Below are positions 33,492 through 43,615 of a DNA stretch of 64,000 nt, one piece after another; position 1 is the first letter of the stretch; every line of letters begins with the position of its first letter. Below the pieces are notes generated by a model that made no database searches, was not told the DNA's origin, and saw only the letters and a list, made by a program, of their open reading frames with translations. A program made the position numbers and the translations under genes. The stretch comes from Candidatus Omnitrophota bacterium (GTDB lineage Bacteria; Omnitrophota; Gorgyraeia; Gygaellales; Profunditerraquicolaceae): assembly GCA_043814315.1 (NCBI GenBank), contig JBDRKE010000005.1:28220-92219 (forward strand). Reading direction: 5' to 3'.

Positions 33492-35210
33492 ATGGACTTA
33501 GATACTTTAAGACATTCCTGTTCACATATTATGGCTCAGGCCGTAAAAGAGTTATGGCCACAAGTCAAATTAGGCATCGGCCCGTCCATCGAAGATGGTT
33601 TTTACTACGACTTTGACAAAAAAGAGCCGTTTAGTGACGAGGATCTGGGGTGCATTGAACAGAAGATGCGCGAGATCATTGCGAAGAACGAACCGTTTGT
33701 CAGGGAGGAACTGGATAAAGATAAGGCGAGCGTACTTTTTACGAAGCTAGGGGAGAGCTTTAAGTTAGAGTTGCTCCGGGATATCCCCGAAAATAAAGTT
33801 TCCATCTATAAAACCGGAGACCCTTTTCTGGATTTGTGCCGCGGCCCGCACGTCAAATCAACGGGCGACATCAAGGCCTTTAAGTTGCTCTCCGTGGCCG
33901 GCGCCTATTGGCACGGAATCGAAACCAACCCTATGCTCCAAAGGATTTACGGAACCTGTTTTTCCACCCAAAAAGAATTAGATGAGTATTTAAAGAATTT
34001 AGAGGAAGCCAAAAAACGCGACCACAGAAAATTGGGGCCCGGCTTGGAATTCTTTGATATTTATTACGAAGAGGCAGGGGCGGGCCTAGTCTTTTACCAT
34101 CCTAAAGGAGCGCTGCTGCGCACCCTGATAGAGAATTACGAAAAAGAAGAGCATTTAAAGCGCGGTTATCAGCTTGTCATCACCCCGCATATCATGCAGG
34201 CGGACCTTTGGAAAACCTCCGGGCATTATGATTACTACAGAGAGAATATGTACACCCTAAAAATAGAGAACAGGGAATTTGTTCTAAAGCCCATGAACTG
34301 TCCGGGCCATATGTTGATTTATAAGTCCAAAACAAGAAGTTACAAAGACCTGCCCATACGTTTTTTTGAGTTAGGCACGGTTTACCGCCACGAGAAAGCG
34401 GGGGTTTTGCATGGGTTGTTGCGCGTGCGGGGGTTTACTCAGGATGATGCGCATATATTTTGCCTGCCGGGGCAATTAAAGACAGAGATAAAAGGCATCA
34501 TAGATTTTGTTTTTGACACGATGAGGGTCTTTGGCTTTAAGGACGTGAGCATTGAATTAAGCACGCGCCCGGAAAAATCCATCGGCTCAGACGAAGACTG
34601 GGAGCGTGCCACAGCAGCCCTTGAAGAGGCCCTAAAAGAAAAAGGCCTTCCCTTTGAGATTAATGCCGCAGAAGGCGCTTTCTACGGCCCGAAAATCGAT
34701 ATCAAATTAAAAGACGCCCTCAAAAGAAAATGGCAGTGCGCCACCATCCAATGCGATTTTGCGCTTCCCAAAAGATTTGATCTGGCCTATGTGGATGCCG
34801 AAGGCAAAGAGCAGCAGCCGATCATGCTGCATAGGGTTTTATTGGGCAGCCTCGAACGTTTTATCGGCGCCCTGTTAGAGCATTATAACGCCGAATTGCC
34901 TTTATGGCTGGCGCCGACGCAGGCGTTAGTGATCCCCATCAAGGATTCAAGTTTTGCCTATGGCCAAAAAATTAAGGAGGCCCTGGAGGCTCATTCCATC
35001 CGCGTTGATTTGGACAGCCGTAGCGAGACATTAGACAAAAGGATACGCAGCGCCGAGCTCAAAAAAATCCCTTATTGTTTGGTTGTAGGAGAACGAGAAG
35101 CAAAATCGCAGAGTGTTTCCGTAAGGAAAAAAGGGAAAGGCGATCTGGGGAGCATGGCCTTAGATGAGTTTATAAAGAGGATAAAAGAGGAGATAGATAA
35201 CAAAAAATAA
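33492..35210 (+). CDS. thrS: Threonyl-tRNA synthetase (lacks N-terminal TGS domain)
   Basis: Starts at the editing domain (HSCSHIMAQAV), then class II catalytic core and anticodon-binding domain; 572 aa. Confidence 0.95.
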   Translation: MDLDTLRHSCSHIMAQAVKELWPQVKLGIGPSIEDGFYYDFDKKEPFSDEDLGCIEQKMREIIAKNEPFVREELDKDKASVLFTKLGESFKLELLRDIPENKVSIYKTGDPFLDLCRGPHVKSTGDIKAFKLLSVAGAYWHGIETNPMLQRIYGTCFSTQKELDEYLKNLEEAKKRDHRKLGPGLEFFDIYYEEAGAGLVFYHPKGALLRTLIENYEKEEHLKRGYQLVITPHIMQADLWKTSGHYDYYRENMYTLKIENREFVLKPMNCPGHMLIYKSKTRSYKDLPIRFFELGTVYRHEKAGVLHGLLRVRGFTQDDAHIFCLPGQLKTEIKGIIDFVFDTMRVFGFKDVSIELSTRPEKSIGSDEDWERATAALEEALKEKGLPFEINAAEGAFYGPKIDIKLKDALKRKWQCATIQCDFALPKRFDLAYVDAEGKEQQPIMLHRVLLGSLERFIGALLEHYNAELPLWLAPTQALVIPIKDSSFAYGQKIKEALEAHSIRVDLDSRSETLDKRIRSAELKKIPYCLVVGEREAKSQSVSVRKKGKGDLGSMALDEFIKRIKEEIDNKK

Positions 35211-35214
35211 AAAA

Positions 35215-35345
35215 ACGACATGAGAAATCCCAATTTCCAAATAAATTCCAAATCCCAAATCTCAATGTTCGAAACTTGCATGTTTGGAATTTGGAAAATT
35301 GGAATTTGATGCTTGCCCCGTTAAAAATCTTCGATTTTTATACGG
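35215..35345. repeat. Family A repeat element downstream of thrS
   Basis: aaatcccaatttccaaataaattccaaatcccaaatctcaa...ttggaatttggaaaattggaatttga, plus hairpin ccccgttaaaaatc...gatttttatacgggg. Confidence 0.55.
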
Positions 35346-35395
35346 GGCTTGGAGCTTGGAATTTAAAGGGTCGTAAAACTTATTAGCCAAGGGAG

Positions 35396-35911
35396 GTGGT
35401 TCATATAAAAAAGTTTATTCGTATTAACGAACGTATCCGCGTGCCGCAGGTGCGGCTTATTGGTCCGGACAGCAGCCAGCTGGGTATTATGTCCACGGCA
35501 AGGGCCCAGGAGCTAGCCGATCAATACGAATTGGACTTAGTGGAGGTGGCGCCCAGCGCTAACCCCCCTGTTTGCCGCATCATCGATTTTAGTAAATTTA
35601 AATATGACCAGGAAAAGAAGGAGCGCGAGGCCAAAAAGCATCAGAAACAGGGAAAATTCAAAGAGATCCGCCTTAAACCCAACATTGACGACCATGACTT
35701 TGATACAAAAGTCAAGCAGGTCATTGCCTTCTTGAAGAAAAAAGACAAAGTTAAAATAAACCTTTTTTTTAGGGGCAGGCAAATGGAGCACGTGGACCTG
35801 GGAAGAAAGATCCTGGACAAATTTATCATAGACACTCAGAATGACGGTCAGGTAGAAAAAAAGCCGGCCATGGAAGGGCGCGTCATGTCTTTTGTGATTG
35901 CTCCTAAATAA
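35396..35911 (+). CDS. infC: Translation initiation factor IF-3
   Basis: Aligns with IF3 N- and C-domains. The track start GTG at 35396 directly abuts the AGGGAGG RBS. The true start is more likely a non-AUG codon (ATA at 35404 or ATT at 35418), as is typical for infC autoregulation. Confidence 0.85.
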   Translation: MVHIKKFIRINERIRVPQVRLIGPDSSQLGIMSTARAQELADQYELDLVEVAPSANPPVCRIIDFSKFKYDQEKKEREAKKHQKQGKFKEIRLKPNIDDHDFDTKVKQVIAFLKKKDKVKINLFFRGRQMEHVDLGRKILDKFIIDTQNDGQVEKKPAMEGRVMSFVIAPK

Positions 35912-35957
35912 AATTCATTGATAGATAAAAAGCCTATTTATTAACAGCGGAGCCCAG

Positions 35958-36158
35958 ATGCCTAAATTAAAAAACAAAAAGGGAGTTTCGAAAAGATTTA
36001 AGTTGACGAAAAAAGGCAAGGTCAAGTATTTTACCGGTGGCAAGAGTCATCTTTTGTCCAGCAAGACACGCAAGAGATTAAGGGGCATGAGAAAATCCAA
36101 GACGCTTGGCCCGGGGAAGGAGACCAAATACATTAAAAGAATGTTGCCTTACGGTTAA
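35958..36158 (+). CDS. rpmI: 50S ribosomal protein L35
   Basis: MPKLKNKKGVSKRFKLTKKGKV...; 66 aa. Confidence 0.95.
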   Translation: MPKLKNKKGVSKRFKLTKKGKVKYFTGGKSHLLSSKTRKRLRGMRKSKTLGPGKETKYIKRMLPYG

Positions 36159-36259
36159 AAGTTTACCCCGCAGCTGTGCACGGGTGCGGGGTTTGCAGCA
36201 TCATGCGGGTAACGGTAAATAGTCAGCGGTGAACCTCGAACGACGAAGGAGTAAATGTT

Positions 36260-36607
36260 ATGGCAAAGATTAAGCATAGTGTAGCCACGCGTAAAAGAAA
36301 GAAAAGGACCCTGAAAAAAGCCAAAGGTTTTTGGGGGGATAGAAGTAAGCAGTACCAACAGGCGCGCCGTGTCCTGATGCACGCCAAGGCGTATGCGTAT
36401 CGCGATAGGCGCGTGAAAAAAAGAGAGATGCGCCGGCTTTGGATCGCACGCATCAATGCAGCCTGCCGTGCCGAAGGTTTGACTTACAGCGTTTTTATCA
36501 AGGGTCTTAAAAAAGCCAAAGTCAGCCTGGACAGAAAGGTGCTGGCGGACCTGGCGGTCAGAGACGCAAAGGCGTTTGGAAAGCTGGTAGAAATAGCCAA
36601 AGCTTAA
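36260..36607 (+). CDS. rplT: 50S ribosomal protein L20
   Basis: [26 protein letters not shown]...; 115 aa. The hairpin ccccgcagctgtgcacgggtgcgggg at 36170-36196 in the rpmI-rplT spacer may be the L20 regulatory site. Confidence 0.95.
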   Translation: MAKIKHSVATRKRKKRTLKKAKGFWGDRSKQYQQARRVLMHAKAYAYRDRRVKKREMRRLWIARINAACRAEGLTYSVFIKGLKKAKVSLDRKVLADLAVRDAKAFGKLVEIAKA

Positions 36608-36735
36608 TTTCAAATGACAAAATTCAAAGCACAAAATAAATCCAAAATCCCAAACAAAAACTTTTTTGATTTGAATTTTGTGCTTTGAGCTTATTTTAAA
36701 TTTTGTGCTTTGTCATTTGAATTTTCAGAAAGAGC
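36608..36735. repeat. Family A repeat element (long imperfect hairpin)
   Basis: tcaaatgacaaaattcaaagcacaaaataaatccaaaatcccaaa...tttgatttgaattttgtgctttgagc...attttgtgctttgtcatttgaatttt. Confidence 0.7.
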
Positions 36736-36739
36736 TAAC

Positions 36740-37384
36740 ATGTATATAATCATAGTGGGTTGCGGCAGGGTGGGTTCTGAATTAGCGAAGCTGCTTTCCA
36801 ACGAAGGGCACAACATCGTCATTATCGATAGAAGCCAGTCCTCCTTTGACCGCTTGGGCCAGACATTCAACGGCCTGACCATGGTGGGCAATGGCTTTGA
36901 CCTGGAGTTGCTGCGTCAGGTAGGCATTGAAAAAGCGGATGCCTTTTGTGCCGTGACAAACGGAGACAATACCAATCTTATCTCGGCCCAGGTTGCCAAA
37001 AAAATATTTAAGGTCCCTAAGGTGCTGGCGCGCGTCTATGATCCCCAGAGGGCCTACATCTATACGTCTTTGGGCCTGGATATTATCAGCGGAACGATCC
37101 TTTTTGCGTCGATGCTAAGAGACAAAATCATCGAAAGCCGCTTTTCCAGTTATCTCATTGAAACCAAGGAATTAGGGGTTATCGAGATAGAGGTCAAACA
37201 CAACCTCGCCGGCAGGACAATTCAAGATATCAATGTTCCTGGAGAATTTTTGGTCGTTGCCATCCGAAGGCCGGATGGCGTGGCTATCCCCGAAGAAAAA
37301 ACCGCGCTGAAAGAAAAAGACAAATTGATGGCCGTCGTTAAGGTTGCAAGCCTCGAAAAAATAAGGAAAAGATTTCAATTGTAG
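36740..37384 (+). CDS. trkA: K+ uptake protein TrkA, NAD-binding (first of two)
   Basis: MYIIIVGCGRVG Rossmann motif plus TrkA_C. The track start at 36710 lies inside the repeat element; start at 36740 preferred. Confidence 0.85.
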   Translation: MYIIIVGCGRVGSELAKLLSNEGHNIVIIDRSQSSFDRLGQTFNGLTMVGNGFDLELLRQVGIEKADAFCAVTNGDNTNLISAQVAKKIFKVPKVLARVYDPQRAYIYTSLGLDIISGTILFASMLRDKIIESRFSSYLIETKELGVIEIEVKHNLAGRTIQDINVPGEFLVVAIRRPDGVAIPEEKTALKEKDKLMAVVKVASLEKIRKRFQL

Positions 37385-37396
37385 CGAGGAGTGAAA

Positions 37397-38059
37397 ATGC
37401 ACATTATCGTCGTAGGCGCTGGCAAGGTGGGTTATTTCTTGGCCAAAAGGCTTTGTCAGAGCAAGCACAGGATAACCATTGTGGAGCGAGATAAGCCTAC
37501 CTGTGAGCAGATAGCTAAGGAACTGGAAGCCTTGGTGATGAATGGGGATGGATGCGACCCACGCATCTTGGAAGAGGCAGGCATAGCGCAGGCGGATGTG
37601 GTTGCGGCTGTCACCGGTGATGACGAAGACAACCTGATCGTCTGCCAATTAGCCAAAGAAAGATTCGGTATCCAGCGCACCGTTGGAAGAGTGAACAACC
37701 CGGATAACGAACATACCTTTGCGGAATTAGGGGTGGATGTGCCGGTTGATTCCACCAAAATCATCGCTAAGGTTATCGAAGAAGAGGTGTCTTTCTCGGA
37801 TTTTGTGAATCTGATGAGTTTTAAGCGCGGCAAGCTTGCCATCGTTCGCGTGGACTTGCCCAAGGATTCCCCTGCGATCAACAAAGAGGTTAAAGACATC
37901 CAGTTGCCCCCTGATTCAGTTTTGGTTTCCTTGGTAAGAGGGGAAGAGGTTATCGTGCCAAAAGGCAATACCGTCTTAAAGCCCGGTGACGATGTGATTG
38001 CCCTGACGCTTGTTGGCAATGAACCGCAACTACTCAATTTATTAGTCGGCAAGCTTTAA
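37397..38059 (+). CDS. trkA: K+ uptake protein TrkA, NAD-binding (second of two)
   Basis: MHIIVVGAGKVG preceded by GAGGAG RBS; 220 aa. Confidence 0.85.
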   Translation: MHIIVVGAGKVGYFLAKRLCQSKHRITIVERDKPTCEQIAKELEALVMNGDGCDPRILEEAGIAQADVVAAVTGDDEDNLIVCQLAKERFGIQRTVGRVNNPDNEHTFAELGVDVPVDSTKIIAKVIEEEVSFSDFVNLMSFKRGKLAIVRVDLPKDSPAINKEVKDIQLPPDSVLVSLVRGEEVIVPKGNTVLKPGDDVIALTLVGNEPQLLNLLVGKL

Positions 38060-38193
38060 AAACACAAAAGGTAAATGCGATTGAAGACAAAATCTTTTAT
38101 AGATACCGCCCTGGGCATAACGACGGAAATCCTTTATGCCCTGGCTATCATGACGCTCGCCCTTTTAGCCAGTTTTTTAATCACGCTTAAAAA

Positions 38194-39696
38194 ATGATCT
38201 TGAAGCCCCGGCTGGAAGACGTTAAAATTATCGGTTACTATTTAGGAAAGATTATCATGGGCATAGCCATCACTATGCTGATACCGATAGGGGTAGGATT
38301 GGGCTTTGGCGAATTAAACCCCGTCCTGGATTTCGTCATAACCCTTGAGATCGCCCTTTTATCGGGTTTCATTTTTACCAAATTGTGCTTTACGCAGAAG
38401 GACCTGAATTGGATGCAGGGCATGATTGTTGTGAGCCTTTCATGGCTGGCAGCCATGTTTTTAGGTGCGATACCGTTATATTTAAGCGGGCACTGGAATT
38501 CATACCTTGATGCCTGCTTTGACGCTATGTCGGGTTTTGCGACTACAGGTTTAACTTTAATCCAGGATCTCGACCATCTCTCCTACACGCACAATATCTG
38601 GCGCCACCTTATGATGTTTATCGGCGGCCAGGGGATCGTTATTGTTGCTCTTTCTCTTTTTATCAAAGGATATTCCGGGGCTTTTAGAATGTATGTCGGA
38701 GAAGCGCGCGACGAAAGAATCCTGCCGAATGTTATTTATACGGCCAGGTTCATCTGGCTGGTCAGTATCGTGTACCTAGTCTTAGGCACCCTGGCCTTAG
38801 GTATAACCGGCCTCTTGGGCGGCATGAAGCCTATCAATGCTTTTTTCCATGGCGTATGTATTTTTATGGCAGCTTTTGATACGGGAGGCTTTGCCCCTCA
38901 ATCCCAGAACATTCTTTTTTATCACAGTTTCCCCCTTGAGGTAGTTACAATGGTCATCATGATTTTAGGGGCCATCAATTTTAAATTGCACTACCATATA
39001 TGGACAGGCAACCGCAGAGAGATCATCAAAAACATAGAAATCCACACCTTTTTAGTCACCGTTATGTTGGCTTTTCTTGTGACCGGGATAGGTTTAGCCC
39101 AATCAGGCATTTACCCTAACGCCCTCATGTTCTTCCGCAAGGGTTTCTATCAACTCATTTCTGGCCACACCGGCACCGGATATCAGACTATTTACGCCAG
39201 CCAGTTTATGAATGACTGGAACCCCCTGGCCTTGGTGGGTGTTATGGGCGCCATGGCCCTGGGAGGCGCAGTATCTTCAACTACAGGAGCCATCAAGATG
39301 CTGCGTATCGGCGTGATCTTTAAGGCGCTTTTAGAAGATATCAAAAGAATCATTTTACCGGAGAGAGCGGTTGTGGTCCAAAAGTTCCACCACATTAAAG
39401 ACATGTTTTTAGAAGATAAACTCGCCAGGTCCGCCCTGTTGATAACGCTGGCATATCTGGCGCTTTATGGTTTTGGCGCTATCGTGGGCATGTTCTTTGG
39501 TTACCCCTTTCTGAATTCTTTATTTGAATCAACCTCAGCAGCAGCCAACGTAGGATTATCGTGCGGCCTGACCCAGGCAACCATGCCCCCTTTGTTAAAA
39601 ATCACTTACATATTTCAGATGTGGGCCGGCCGCCTGGAATTCATGTCGGTGTTTACCTTAATAGGCGTCTTTGTGGCGGTCTTTAAAGGGAAGTGA
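38194..39696 (+). CDS. trkH: Trk/Ktr-family K+ transporter membrane subunit
   Basis: 500 aa polytopic with the repeated GGxG-like selectivity segments of TrkH/KtrB. Confidence 0.85.
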   Translation: MILKPRLEDVKIIGYYLGKIIMGIAITMLIPIGVGLGFGELNPVLDFVITLEIALLSGFIFTKLCFTQKDLNWMQGMIVVSLSWLAAMFLGAIPLYLSGHWNSYLDACFDAMSGFATTGLTLIQDLDHLSYTHNIWRHLMMFIGGQGIVIVALSLFIKGYSGAFRMYVGEARDERILPNVIYTARFIWLVSIVYLVLGTLALGITGLLGGMKPINAFFHGVCIFMAAFDTGGFAPQSQNILFYHSFPLEVVTMVIMILGAINFKLHYHIWTGNRREIIKNIEIHTFLVTVMLAFLVTGIGLAQSGIYPNALMFFRKGFYQLISGHTGTGYQTIYASQFMNDWNPLALVGVMGAMALGGAVSSTTGAIKMLRIGVIFKALLEDIKRIILPERAVVVQKFHHIKDMFLEDKLARSALLITLAYLALYGFGAIVGMFFGYPFLNSLFESTSAAANVGLSCGLTQATMPPLLKITYIFQMWAGRLEFMSVFTLIGVFVAVFKGK

Positions 39697-40199
39697 TGTT
39701 TAAACATTGGGATTTGGAAATTGGGATTTATTTGGTATTATGGGTATTATTTGTAGTATTTGGATTTACCTTGAGCGGCTATGCTCAGCCTGTCTCAAGT
39801 GAAGAGCTTATCAAGAACGCTAAGGAGTACGACGGTAAAACCGTGGTTTACGAAGGGGAAGTCATAGGAGACATTATGAGGCGCGCAGATTACGCCTGGG
39901 CCAATGTTAAAGACGGTTCACGTGCCATCGGCATCTGGATTCATTCCTCCTTGCTTAAGGATGTGGCGTATAGCGGCAGCTATAAATCCAAGGGGGATGC
40001 CGTGGAGATTACGGGAATCTTCCGGCGGGCCTGTCCTGAACACGGCGGAGATTTAGATATTCACGCCGAAGCGCTGCGCGTCACAAGCGGCGGAAGAATG
40101 ATTACGGAAAGACTGAAAACGGATAAAAGAAATATGGCGGCTGTATTGCTAGGAGCCTTGTGTTTCGTATGGATATTGACTCTATTTATTCGCAAATAG
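39693..40199 (+). CDS. Hypothetical membrane-anchored protein with N- and C-terminal TM helices
   Basis: 168 aa; hydrophobic helices at both ends. The central domain has no recognised family. Confidence 0.4.
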   Translation: MMFKHWDLEIGIYLVLWVLFVVFGFTLSGYAQPVSSEELIKNAKEYDGKTVVYEGEVIGDIMRRADYAWANVKDGSRAIGIWIHSSLLKDVAYSGSYKSKGDAVEITGIFRRACPEHGGDLDIHAEALRVTSGGRMITERLKTDKRNMAAVLLGALCFVWILTLFIRK

Positions 40200-41290
40200 A
40201 AGCCGAGATTCAAAGGGTTAATACGCCTCTGGCCTGGGAGGAATTTCGCACCAAGCATCTGGGGAGAAAAGGCGTTATTGCACAGCTGACCAGTTCCATA
40301 TCCAGCCTGCCTCCGCAAGAACGCGCTGGTTTTGGTCAACAGGTCAATGCCTTAAAAACAAAAATCCTCTCTTTGCTTGAAGAGAAAGAAAGAGCCTTAG
40401 CGCAAGACAGCCAGCCGCCAGAGGTCGTTTCATGCGATATGGCGATGCCAGGCATGGCCCAGGAAATCGGGCATATCCATCCCGTTACGCAAGTCATGGA
40501 TGCCATCTGCACGATATTTGACCGCATGGGTTTTTCGGTGGTTGAAGGCCCTGAAATAGAGACGGAGTACAATAATTTTACGGGCTTGAATATCCCCCTG
40601 GAGCATCCTTCCCGCGACGCGTTTGATACCTTCTATTTAAAGTTAGCCGGTTCTCCTGTTAGCCAATTAGCCGGTTCAACCGGCAAACCGGCAAATGGTT
40701 CGACAGGCTCACCATCTCTCGAACCATCCCGAGCGAAGTCGAGGGACCGGCAAACCGGAAAACTATTGTTGCGCAGCCATACCTCTCCGGTCCAGATCCG
40801 GGTCATGAAATCGCGTAAGCCGCCTTTGGCTGTAGTGGTCCCCGGCCGGGTTTATCGGCCTGATGCCGTTGATGCCAGCCACTCTTTTATGTTCCATCAG
40901 ATCGAGGGATTTATGGTAGACACAGACATTAGGTTCTCGGATTTAAAAGGCGTATTAGAATTATTTGCCAAGGCGGTTTTCGGGAAAGATATAAAGATGC
41001 GTTTCAGGCCGCATTTTTTTCCTTTCACCGAGCCATCGGCAGAGGTTGACATCTCCTGTATCATCTGTCAGGGAAAAGGGTGTTCTGTATGCGGCAGGAA
41101 AGGGTGGCTTGAGATTTTGGGCTCAGGCATGATTCACCCCAACGTCTTCAAACAGGTGGGCTACGATCCCAAAAAGTATTCGGGTTTTGCCTTCGGCATG
41201 GGCGTTGAAAGAATCGCCATGCTTAAATACGGGATTAATGATATTCGTTTATTTTTCGAGAACGATTTAAGATTTTTGAAGCAGTTCTAG
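40169..41290 (+). CDS. pheS: Phenylalanyl-tRNA synthetase alpha subunit, with an in-frame repeat insertion
   Basis: Class II motifs present. About 40 aa (LKLAGSPVSQLAGSTGKPANGSTGSPSLEPSRAKSRDRQTGK) lie between DTFY and LLRSHTSPVQIR, where E. coli has none. Confidence 0.9.
   Translation: MDIDSIYSQIEAEIQRVNTPLAWEEFRTKHLGRKGVIAQLTSSISSLPPQERAGFGQQVNALKTKILSLLEEKERALAQDSQPPEVVSCDMAMPGMAQEIGHIHPVTQVMDAICTIFDRMGFSVVEGPEIETEYNNFTGLNIPLEHPSRDAFDTFYLKLAGSPVSQLAGSTGKPANGSTGSPSLEPSRAKSRDRQTGKLLLRSHTSPVQIRVMKSRKPPLAVVVPGRVYRPDAVDASHSFMFHQIEGFMVDTDIRFSDLKGVLELFAKAVFGKDIKMRFRPHFFPFTEPSAEVDISCIICQGKGCSVCGRKGWLEILGSGMIHPNVFKQVGYDPKKYSGFAFGMGVERIAMLKYGINDIRLFFENDLRFLKQF
40640..40765 (+). repeat. Family B repeat (GTTAGCCGGTT / AACCGGCAAACCGG units) inserted in-frame in pheS
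   Basis: gttagccggttctcctgttagccaattagccggttcaaccggcaaaccggcaaatgg...gaccggcaaaccggaaaac read directly. Confidence 0.7.
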
Positions 41291-41297
41291 AAGGAAT

Positions 41298-43409
41298 ATG
41301 AAAGTTACCTTTAGTTGGCTTAGGGATTTTGTAGATATCAGGCTATCGCCGGAAGCGCTGGCTGAAAAGCTCACCATGGCAGGCCTCGAGGTGACTTCTT
41401 TAGAGAGGAAGGAAGGGGATGTCGTTTTTGAGATTGAGGTAACCTCGAACCGTCCGGATTGGTTAAGCGTAGTCGGTATCGCCAGGGAAGTAGCGGCGAT
41501 TACTGGAAAAAAGTTAGCCAGTATGCCAGTTATCCAGTTAACCAGTTCTAACCGGCTAACCGGCAAACCGGCTAACCGGCTAACAATAAATATTCAGGAC
41601 AAAAAGGATTGTCCTTTATATACCGCAAAGATTATAAAAGACGTCAAGGTTGGGCCTTCACCGGAGTGGTTAAGGAAACGGTTAGAAGGGGTGGGTTGCC
41701 GCAGCATCAACAATATCGTGGATATCACGAATTATTGTTTATTCGCGTGGGGAGAGCCGCTTCACGCCTTTGATTTAGATAAAGTTGTTGGCCAGTTGGC
41801 CAGTACGCCAGTTAGTCAGTTAAATGTGATTATAAGAAGAGCGAAAAAGGGAGAAGAAATAGTAACCATTGACGGAATCAAGAGAATATTGAACGAAGAA
41901 ATCCTTGTTATTGCTTCGGAGGATAAAGAAAAATCCGGCAAACCGGAAAACCAGCAAATTGGCAAACCAATAGCGATAGCCGGCATCATGGGTGGTAAAG
42001 ATACACAGGTAACAGAGGGGACAAAAAATATTCTCCTGGAAGCTGCCGTATTCAATCCGATTATCGTCAGGCGCGGCAGGCAGGCTCTCGGCTTGCAGAC
42101 GGATTCTTCTTATCGTTTTGAGCGGGGCGTGGATTTTGAAACGGCCAAGAGTGCTTCTTGGCAGGCCGTTGAATTGATTCGTGTCCTAGCTAAAGGAAGG
42201 TGTCTATCAGCCAAGAACGCAGGCGTGACTAAAACGAGGAACAAGACGGTTGATTTAAGCGTTGCCGCCGCCCATAAGATTTTGAATGTTTCTATTACAG
42301 CTTTGCAGATAAAGAGCATTTTGTATCACCTGGGTTTTAGCGTAAAGGTAATATCAAAAGATAGGTTTTGCGTAACCGTTCCCAGCTTCAGGCCTGATGT
42401 ACATTTGGAAATAGACCTGATAGAAGAGATAGCCAGAATTTTTGGTTTTGAGCAGATCCCCAAGACCTTGCCCCGGGTTATGCCTGAGCCCCTTATAGGT
42501 AGACAAAGAGACCTCGTTTCTGTAACAAAGAATTTCTTAACAGGTTTAGGATTGCATGAAGTAGTCACCTACAGTCTTATTGACAAAGATCTGCTGAGCC
42601 ACCTTGGCTTGTCCCGGCAGCAGGAAGCTATCGGGATTCTTAATCCCTTAAGCAAAGAACAGGAGATCTTAAGGCCGACTCTTTTGGCAAGCCTCGCGCA
42701 ATGCGTTGCCCATAACCTCAACCAGAAACAGGAGTATGTTGCGATTTTTGAAGTCGCACAAGTTTTTTTGAAACATCGGGAGGAGCCCAAAGAGGAATTG
42801 AGGTTAGGTTTAGCCCTGTGCGGCAGTAAATCATTTATGCTGAATGGGGGATTTGTCCAAGACCCGGCGGATTTTCTGCATTTAAAAGGTATCCTCGAGG
42901 TGCTTTTTGGGAGGATAGGCGTGGCGGAGTATCATTTTTCTGGTTCCGCCGCTCCTTCTACTATGGATATCCGCGTGGGCAAAGAAAAAATCGGCCTGAT
43001 GACGATGTTGACAAAAAGAGCCTTAGATAAGTTTGATATAAAGAATAAAGAAGTATTTCTGCTGGAACTTTCTTTAGAAAAGCTTTTGTCACTAGCGTTA
43101 CCGCAGAAGAAATTTACGGCTCTCCCTAAATATCCCGGCATAGCCAGGGATATAAGTTTTTACCTTAAAGATACGGTTTCCATCAAGGAATTATTGGAAA
43201 CGCTTAAAGCCCAAGGCCAACCGTGGCTTGGCAGCATCAAAATAGCGGATTGCTATAAAGGTAAACAGATTCCAGTCGGCTATAAAGGGTTAACGATCTC
43301 CTGTTTATACCGCAGCGATGAAAGGACCCTGACAGAAACAGAGATAACCCCTTTGCATGCCCTCCTGGTCAGCACCCTGACAGAACGCTTTGGCGGCAAG
43401 ATTCGCTGA
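41298..43409 (+). CDS. pheT: Phenylalanyl-tRNA synthetase beta subunit with three in-frame repeat insertions
   Basis: MKVTFSWLRDFVDIRLSPEALAEKLTMAGLEV matches the PheT N-terminus. B3/B4, B5 and FDX-ACB domains follow; 703 aa. Confidence 0.9.
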   Translation: MKVTFSWLRDFVDIRLSPEALAEKLTMAGLEVTSLERKEGDVVFEIEVTSNRPDWLSVVGIAREVAAITGKKLASMPVIQLTSSNRLTGKPANRLTINIQDKKDCPLYTAKIIKDVKVGPSPEWLRKRLEGVGCRSINNIVDITNYCLFAWGEPLHAFDLDKVVGQLASTPVSQLNVIIRRAKKGEEIVTIDGIKRILNEEILVIASEDKEKSGKPENQQIGKPIAIAGIMGGKDTQVTEGTKNILLEAAVFNPIIVRRGRQALGLQTDSSYRFERGVDFETAKSASWQAVELIRVLAKGRCLSAKNAGVTKTRNKTVDLSVAAAHKILNVSITALQIKSILYHLGFSVKVISKDRFCVTVPSFRPDVHLEIDLIEEIARIFGFEQIPKTLPRVMPEPLIGRQRDLVSVTKNFLTGLGLHEVVTYSLIDKDLLSHLGLSRQQEAIGILNPLSKEQEILRPTLLASLAQCVAHNLNQKQEYVAIFEVAQVFLKHREEPKEELRLGLALCGSKSFMLNGGFVQDPADFLHLKGILEVLFGRIGVAEYHFSGSAAPSTMDIRVGKEKIGLMTMLTKRALDKFDIKNKEVFLLELSLEKLLSLALPQKKFTALPKYPGIARDISFYLKDTVSIKELLETLKAQGQPWLGSIKIADCYKGKQIPVGYKGLTISCLYRSDERTLTETEITPLHALLVSTLTERFGGKIR
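41515..41590 (+). repeat. Family B repeat insertion 1 in pheT
   Basis: gccagttatccagttaaccagttctaaccggctaaccggcaaaccggctaaccggctaac encodes MPVIQLTSSNRLTGKPANRLT. Left and right halves are near reverse complements. Confidence 0.7.
41789..41823 (+). repeat. Family B repeat insertion 2 in pheT
   Basis: ttggccagttggccagtacgccagttagtcagtta encodes GQLASTPVSQL. Confidence 0.55.
41931..41975 (+). repeat. Family B repeat insertion 3 in pheT
   Basis: aaatccggcaaaccggaaaaccagcaaattggcaaacc encodes KSGKPENQQIGKP. Confidence 0.5.
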
Positions 43410-43580
43410 CGCCCTGTTAATGTATTAATTTCAATAGTTCCACTAGCTATATGCACAGATGACCGCTGATGAAAAACCACTGATGATCGCAGATATTCTC
43501 TTTATGCGGACTTTATCTGTGATCATCTGTGCTTAATGAAACGAATCAGTTTAAATTGTACGATCCCCATTAAACAAATG

Positions 43581-43609
43581 TTGACTTACGGCGTAATATG
43601 TGTTATACT
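43581..43609 (+). promoter_or_regulatory. Consensus sigma70-type promoter (TTGACT-17 nt-TATACT)
   Basis: -35 TTGACT at 43581-43586, 17-nt spacer, -10 TATACT at 43604-43609. Confidence 0.6.
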
Positions 43610-43615
43610 ACTTTC

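Noticed and set aside
36155-36634. 159-aa minus-strand ORF
   Set aside because: Entirely antisense to rplT, which is unambiguous.
37456-38052. 198-aa minus-strand ORF
   Set aside because: Antisense to the second trkA; Ser/Thr-rich shadow frame.
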